Source: Phycisphaera mikurensis NBRC 102666 (GTDB lineage Bacteria; Planctomycetota; Phycisphaerae; Phycisphaerales; Phycisphaeraceae). From it: a DNA stretch of 32,000 nucleotides. Under the pieces are notes generated by a model. The model saw only the letters and a program-made list of their open reading frames with translations, had not been told where the DNA came from and searched no databases. Numbering within the stretch: position 1 is the stretch's first letter; each line of letters begins with the position of its first letter. Shown one piece after another: positions 27,019 to 32,000 of the stretch. The stretch is taken from the NCBI RefSeq assembly GCF_000284115.1, contig NC_017080.1:2640001-2672000 (forward strand). Direction: 5' to 3'. The translations under genes were made by a program, and so were the position numbers.

Positions 27019-28427
27019 GAGGGCCGACCGTGACGCTCGCGACGCTCCTGCTCACCGGCTGCTCGTCTCCGCTGCGGGACGGCGGGTTCGATGCCTGGAT
27101 CGACGCCGACCCGCGGGCTTGGTCTGCGCCCGGTTCGCCCACGACGCACCGGCTGGGCGACCTCCTCCCCGAGGAGCCGGCCGGGGCGGTGCCCGCCGAC
27201 GTGGAGCGGCTCGTGGAGCTGGCGCTCCGCCGCAACCCGGCGATCGCCGCGGCCGAGCGACGGGTCGAGCGGCTGCGTGCACGCCGACCGCAGGTCGAGT
27301 CCCTCGACGACCCCATGCTGACCGTCTCGCCCATCGGCGACATGGCTCAGACCGCCGCGGGCGAGGTCGGCCTGATGGCCGGGCTCTCGCAGAAGTTCCC
27401 CTTCCCCGGCAAGCTCGAAGCCCGCGGCGACGCCGCGGACCGGGCGGCGGCGGCGGCGCTGGCGGACCTCGCAGACCGGCGGCTGCAGGTCGCCGCGGCG
27501 GTGCGGCGGGCCTGGTGGTCGCTGGCCTACGCCCGCCAGGCGGTGGGTGTGGTGAACGAAGACGTTCAACTGCGTGAGCGGCTCCGCGACTCCGCGGCGG
27601 CTCGATATCGGGCCGGTGCGGCCGAGCGGGCCGACGTGCTGCGGGCCGGGGTGGAGGTCGATGCGCTCCGGCAGGACCTGCTCGAACTCCGCCGGCAGGA
27701 CCAGACGGCGGCGGCGAGCCTCAACCGGCTGCTCGATCGGCCCGCCGACGCGGCGCTGCCGGATCCGCCGGCGGCGACGCTCGCGGACGCCGCGGGCACG
27801 CTGGACGGGCTGCTCGCCGCCGCCGCGAACCACCCGCGGCTGGCGTCGCTGAAGCAGGACATCGCCGCCGCGCGGGACCGGCTCCGGCTGGCGAAGCTCG
27901 ACCGCTGGCCCGACCTCACGGTGGGCGTCAGCTTCGCTGACGTCGACGACGAGGGCCTCGCCCCCGCCGCCACCGGAGAGGACCAGCTCTACCTCAACCT
28001 GGGGATCAACCTGCCCCTGTGGCAGGACCGCCGCGACGCGGCCGAGGCCGAGGCGCTCGCCGGCCTGGGCGAGGCCGCGGCGATGTACACCGACGAGCAG
28101 AACCGGCTGGCCTTCGCGGTCGCCGACGCGCTCGCCCGGGTCGCCCAGCGCCGCGACGCCGTTGCCCTCTACGACGCCGACATGGTGCCCGCCGCGGAGG
28201 AGGCCGTCGCTTCTTCCGCGGCCGGCTACCGCTCGGGCCAAACCGACTTCATCGCCCTCATCGACAACGCCCGCCGCTTGACCACGCTCAAGCTGATGCG
28301 GCTGCGGGCGGTGACGCAACTGCAGCAGGACCTTGCGGACCTCCGCGAGGCGGTGGGCACGCCCGAAGCGTCGCTGCGCGACCCCACCCCCCAAGGGGCG
28401 TGGCACCCGGCCACGGAGACACCATGA
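27015..28427 (+). CDS. cusC: Outer membrane efflux lipoprotein (TolC/CusC family)
   Basis: The start is GTG 27015, giving RGPTVTLATLLLTGC (canonical lipobox L-T-G-C). It has OEP repeats (LVELALRRNPAIAAAERRVE..., YRAGAAERADVLRAGVEVDALRQDL..., YRSGQTDFIALIDNARRL). It is translationally coupled on both sides. Confidence 0.85.
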   Translation: MRGPTVTLATLLLTGCSSPLRDGGFDAWIDADPRAWSAPGSPTTHRLGDLLPEEPAGAVPADVERLVELALRRNPAIAAAERRVERLRARRPQVESLDDPMLTVSPIGDMAQTAAGEVGLMAGLSQKFPFPGKLEARGDAADRAAAAALADLADRRLQVAAAVRRAWWSLAYARQAVGVVNEDVQLRERLRDSAAARYRAGAAERADVLRAGVEVDALRQDLLELRRQDQTAAASLNRLLDRPADAALPDPPAATLADAAGTLDGLLAAAANHPRLASLKQDIAAARDRLRLAKLDRWPDLTVGVSFADVDDEGLAPAATGEDQLYLNLGINLPLWQDRRDAAEAEALAGLGEAAAMYTDEQNRLAFAVADALARVAQRRDAVALYDADMVPAAEEAVASSAAGYRSGQTDFIALIDNARRLTTLKLMRLRAVTQLQQDLADLREAVGTPEASLRDPTPQGAWHPATETP

Positions 28428-30151
28428 AGACCTTCCTCCTCGCCTTGGCGGCCGTCACGCTCGTGCTCGTCGGCGTCCTCGCCGGCCCGCCGCTTCGCGT
28501 CGCCCTCGCGTCCTGGCAAGACGCCCCCGAGCCCGCCGCCGAAGGCGGCGGAGCCAAAGCGCAGCTTTGGCAAAGCGGGATGCACCCCTGGATCATCACC
28601 ACCGAGCCGGGCAACTGCCCGATCTGCGGGATGAAGCTCGAGCCCATCGACCCCGCGAAGCTCACCGGCGAGATCGCCATCGACCCGGTGGTGGTTCAGA
28701 ACATCGGCGTCCGCACGGCTCCGGTCGTCCGTGGTCCCGCCGTTGCGACCCTCCGCACCGTGGGCACCGTGGAGGTCGCCGAGCCCAACGTCCACGACGT
28801 GAATCTCCGCGTCTCCGGCTGGATCGTCGACCTCTTCGTCGACTACGAGGGGGCGGAGGTCGCGGCCGGCGACGAGCTGTTCACGCTCTACTCGCCGCAG
28901 CTCTACGCCGCCGCGGAGGAGTTCCTGCTGGCGGCGGGCGGGGGCTCCGCCGACGACCCGCTGCGGGGCTCGGCCCGGGACCGGCTGCTGAACCTGGGGC
29001 TCACCGAGTCCCAGGTTGACGCGCTGCGGGAGGCCGGCACCACCGAGCGGAACATGCCCGTCGTCAGCCCCGCCACCGGGACCGTCACCGAGAAGATGGT
29101 CAACGAGGGCATGAACGTCCAGCCGGGGATGCGGGTGTTCCGCATCGTCGACCTCTCCACCGTGTGGGTGCAGGTCACGCTCTACGAGTCGCAGCTGAGC
29201 GGCGTGGAGGTCGGCCAGCCCGCCACCCTGACGGTCGCCAGCCTGCCCGGCGAGACCTTCGAGGGCGAGCTGTCCTTCATCGACCCGACGCTGGACCCCC
29301 GGACCCGGGCCGTGCAAGCCCGCCTGGTCTTCGAGAACCCCGGGAACCGGCTCAAACCGGGGATGTTCGCGGACGTAACGCTCCGCAACGTGCTCGCCGA
29401 GGAAGCCGTGCTCGCGCCGCGGGAGGCGGTCGTCAAGACCGGCGCCCGCGAGCTGGCCTTCGTCGCCAAGGGCGGCGGACGCTTCGACCCCCGCGAGGTG
29501 GAGACCGCCGGCGACGTGGCCGACGGGAGGGTGCGCATCGCATCGGGCCTGGAGCCCGGCGAGAACGTGGTGACCAGCGGGCAGTTCCTGCTCGACAGCG
29601 AGGCGAGTGTGCGAGCTTCGCTCGCACGGATGGTCGGCGGCGAGGGCGGCGTTCGTGCCCGGGTGCCGCGCCCGCTCGGAGGTGGATCGGGAGAAGCGGG
29701 GAATCCCCAATTTCTGGAGGACGTGGCACCCGGGCGGGAGGAGACCGTTCCCTTGGCCAAGGCGTACCTCCAGCTCCAGACCAACCTCACGCGGAACGAG
29801 CCCGCGGGCGCCCCCGCCGTCGCGGAGGCCGCCCGCTCGCTCGCCGCGGCGTCCGACGGCCGCACCGCCGAGCTCGCCGCCGCCGTCGCCGAATCCGCGG
29901 ACCGCGTGCCCGCGGACGCCGATCTGGCCACGGTCCGCGGGTCCTTCGAAGCGATCTCCCTCGCCGCCGTCGAGCTCTTTGAGGCGGCCCCGCCGGCGGG
30001 CGTCGGCCCGCTCGCCGTCGCGCACTGCCCGATGGTCGACAAGGACTGGCTGCAGGCCGGCGCCGCCATCCGCAACCCGTACGACCCCTCGATGCTCACC
30101 TGCGGCACCGTGCTCCGCACCCTCCCCGAAGGAGCCGCCGATGCTCGCTGA
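28424..30151 (+). CDS. cusB: Efflux RND periplasmic adaptor (CusB-like) with an N-terminal metal-binding domain and a C-terminal DUF3347-like domain
   Basis: The start is ATG 28424 (ATGA overlap with the cusC stop). It has a signal/TM followed by MHPWIITTEPGNCPICGMKLEP (HMBD). The MFP core follows (AIDPVVVQNIGVRTAPV, VSGWIVDLFVDYEG, SPATGTVTEKMVNEG, VTSGQFLLDSEA). The C-terminal roughly 150 aa ends AHCPMVDKDWLQAGAAIRNPYDPSMLTCG. Confidence 0.9.
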   Translation: MKTFLLALAAVTLVLVGVLAGPPLRVALASWQDAPEPAAEGGGAKAQLWQSGMHPWIITTEPGNCPICGMKLEPIDPAKLTGEIAIDPVVVQNIGVRTAPVVRGPAVATLRTVGTVEVAEPNVHDVNLRVSGWIVDLFVDYEGAEVAAGDELFTLYSPQLYAAAEEFLLAAGGGSADDPLRGSARDRLLNLGLTESQVDALREAGTTERNMPVVSPATGTVTEKMVNEGMNVQPGMRVFRIVDLSTVWVQVTLYESQLSGVEVGQPATLTVASLPGETFEGELSFIDPTLDPRTRAVQARLVFENPGNRLKPGMFADVTLRNVLAEEAVLAPREAVVKTGARELAFVAKGGGRFDPREVETAGDVADGRVRIASGLEPGENVVTSGQFLLDSEASVRASLARMVGGEGGVRARVPRPLGGGSGEAGNPQFLEDVAPGREETVPLAKAYLQLQTNLTRNEPAGAPAVAEAARSLAAASDGRTAELAAAVAESADRVPADADLATVRGSFEAISLAAVELFEAAPPAGVGPLAVAHCPMVDKDWLQAGAAIRNPYDPSMLTCGTVLRTLPEGAADAR

Positions 30152-32000
30152 TCCCAACGCCAGGGAAGGCTTCACCGCGAAGCTGATCCGCGCCTGCGTG
30201 GCGAACCGCTTGCTCGTGCTGCTGCTCGCCGCGATCACCGCCGTGGGTGGCGTGTACGCCGCCCGGCACATCACCGTCGACGCGCTGCCGGACCTCTCCG
30301 ACGTGCAGGTCGTCGTGCGCACCGAGTTCCCGGGCCAGGCCCCGGGCATCGTGCAGGACCAGGTGACTTACCCGCTGACCACCGCGATGCTCGCGGTGCC
30401 CGACGCCGAGGTCGTGCGCGGGTATTCGATGTTCGGCACGAGCTTCGTGTATGTCCTCTTCGAGGACGGGACCGACCTGTACTGGGCGCGGAGTCGCGTG
30501 CTGGAGCAGCTCTCGACCGTGGACTCGCGCCTGCCGGAGGGGGTGACGCCGGAGCTGGGGCCGGATGCGACGGCGGTGGGCTGGGTCTACCAGTACGTGC
30601 TGACGACGGGGCCCTACTGCCCGGAGCACCCCGAGGGGCTTTGGCGGGACGAAGCCGGCGACTGGTCCGCGGAGAAGCCTGACGACCCGGAGGCGGAGCG
30701 CGTCAAGGTCTTCGACCACGACGCCGAGGTCTGCCCGCTGGACGGGACGCCGCTCGCGCAGGCCGACGCCTCGCTCGCCGAGCTGCGGAGCCTCCAGGAC
30801 TGGTACCTGCGGTACGAGTTGACGACGGTGGAGGGCGTGAGCGAGGTCGCCGCCATCGGCGGCTTCGTGAAGCAGTACCAGGTCACGATCGACCCCAACC
30901 GGCTGCTGGCGTACGGGCTCCCGCTGGGCAGAGTCCGCGAGGCAATCCAGCGGAGCAACCGCGACGTGGGCGGCCGCGTGGTGGAGCGCGGCGAGACCGA
31001 GTTCATGGTCCGCGGCCGCGGCTACCTGGGGACGGGAGACCCCACGGACGGGTCCGCGGAGGACACACTGGGCCGGGAGCAGACCGACCGCGTCCTCGAA
31101 GACCTGCGTTTGATCTCGCTGGGAACCGATGAGGACGGCTCGCCAATCTACCTCCGCGACGTCGCCGACGTGGCCATCGGCCCGGAGATCCGCCGCGGCG
31201 TGGCCGAGTGGGACGGGGAGGGCGAGACCGCCGGCGGCGTGGTCATCATGCGCTTCGGCGAGAACGCGCAGGCGACGATCGACCGCGTCCGCGACCGGCT
31301 CTTCGAGCTGGAGGAGGGCCTGCCGCCCGGCGTCGCGATCGACGTCGCCTACGACCGCAGCGACCTCATCGAGCGGGCGATCCACACGGTCTCCGAGACG
31401 CTGCTCGAGGAGATCCTCGTGGTCGGCTGCGTCATCCTGATCTTCTTGGCTCACGCCCGCAGCGCCTTGGTCGCCGCGCTGGTGCTGCCCGCCGGGGTGC
31501 TGCTGACGCTGGGCGTCATGTACGCGCTGGGCCTGAACGCGAACATCATGAGCCTGGGCGGGATCGCGATCTCGATCGGCGTCATGGTCGACAGCTCGAT
31601 CGTGATGGTCGAGAACGCGCACAAGCACCTCGAACGCGAGCACCACCGGCGCGAGGCGGGCGAGCCGCCACGCAGCCACGCGTCGGTGATCGCCGACGCC
31701 AGCGCGGAGGTCGGCCCCACGCTGTTCTTCTCGCTGCTGATCATCATGGTCAGCTTCCTGCCGATCTTCGTGCTCGACGGCCAGAGCGGCCGGCTCTTCA
31801 AGCCGCTGGCCTACACCAAGACCTTCGCCATGGCGGCCGCCGCGGGCGTGGCCGTCACGCTGATCCCGGTGGTGATGGTGTACACGCTCCGCGAGGGCGG
31901 CCCCCGGAAGCGGGTCGCGGCGCTCTGCGCGGCGGGAACCTTCGTCCTCTTCGCCCTCCTCCCGCTGGGGGCGCTGGAGGACAGCCGCTGGCTCGTCGCG
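30141..32000 (+). CDS. cusA: Heavy-metal efflux RND permease (CusA/CzcA family), 5' part; continues beyond the window
   Basis: The start is ATG 30141, preceded by GAAGGAG, and it overlaps the cusB end by 11 nt. The frame is open to the window end and is absent from the ORF track because it has no stop. The sequence aligns to CusA throughout: DALPDLSDVQVVV, GPDATAVGWVYQY, LRSLQDWYLRYEL, GLNANIMSLGGIAISIGVMVDSSIVMVENAHK and VGPTLFFSLLIIMVSFLPIF. The Cu/Ag assignment rests on context. Confidence 0.95.
   Translation, partial: MLADPNAREGFTAKLIRACVANRLLVLLLAAITAVGGVYAARHITVDALPDLSDVQVVVRTEFPGQAPGIVQDQVTYPLTTAMLAVPDAEVVRGYSMFGTSFVYVLFEDGTDLYWARSRVLEQLSTVDSRLPEGVTPELGPDATAVGWVYQYVLTTGPYCPEHPEGLWRDEAGDWSAEKPDDPEAERVKVFDHDAEVCPLDGTPLAQADASLAELRSLQDWYLRYELTTVEGVSEVAAIGGFVKQYQVTIDPNRLLAYGLPLGRVREAIQRSNRDVGGRVVERGETEFMVRGRGYLGTGDPTDGSAEDTLGREQTDRVLEDLRLISLGTDEDGSPIYLRDVADVAIGPEIRRGVAEWDGEGETAGGVVIMRFGENAQATIDRVRDRLFELEEGLPPGVAIDVAYDRSDLIERAIHTVSETLLEEILVVGCVILIFLAHARSALVAALVLPAGVLLTLGVMYALGLNANIMSLGGIAISIGVMVDSSIVMVENAHKHLEREHHRREAGEPPRSHASVIADASAEVGPTLFFSLLIIMVSFLPIFVLDGQSGRLFKPLAYTKTFAMAAAAGVAVTLIPVVMVYTLREGGPRKRVAALCAAGTFVLFALLPLGALEDSRWLVA

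Overview
The window is a very GC-rich bacterial chromosome segment (about 70% or more by eye). Every real gene is shadowed by long spurious ORFs in other frames, so calls rest on recognisable protein motifs. The gene content (exosortase/EPS locus, Tat-exported multicopper oxidase) suggests a Planctomycetota/Phycisphaerae-like organism, but this is inference only. The layout has six parts.

1. 1-12731 (+): an exosortase-type exopolysaccharide locus. It holds a Wza-like export protein fragment, an exosortase-EpsI fusion, a giant TPR protein and a Wzz/BY-kinase-like protein with degenerate ATPase motifs. It ends with an SDR epimerase and a WecA-like priming transferase.
2. 12873-16146: translation housekeeping genes, namely rpsT (+) and frr, pyrH and a YacP/Rae1-like NYN nuclease (-). 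A 426-bp long-inverted-repeat element fills the pyrH-frr spacer.
3. 16263-21500: a divergent copper module. It has csoR, a textbook CsoR operator, and a five-gene minus-strand operon. The operon encodes a Cys-rich four-helix-bundle protein, a small Met-motif lipoprotein, an orphan TolC-like OMF, a Tat multicopper oxidase and an HMA-MauE fusion. There is no P-type ATPase and no RND/MFP partner.
4. 21636-23206 (-): a polytopic membrane protein coupled to a SAM methyltransferase.
5. 23393-25495 (+): acetyl-CoA synthetase with an in-frame insertion.
6. 25751-32000 (+): a Cus-like operon. It is led by a small secreted Cys/His protein and a periplasmic protein built of three YHS-like modules, followed by cusC, cusB and a partial cusA.

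I recognised no rRNA, tRNA, CRISPR array, transposase or integrase. The best candidates for something undescribed are the CsoR-controlled envelope copper operon, the triple YHS-like protein heading cusCBA, the pseudo-kinase in the exosortase locus, and the structured repeat elements in intergenic regions.
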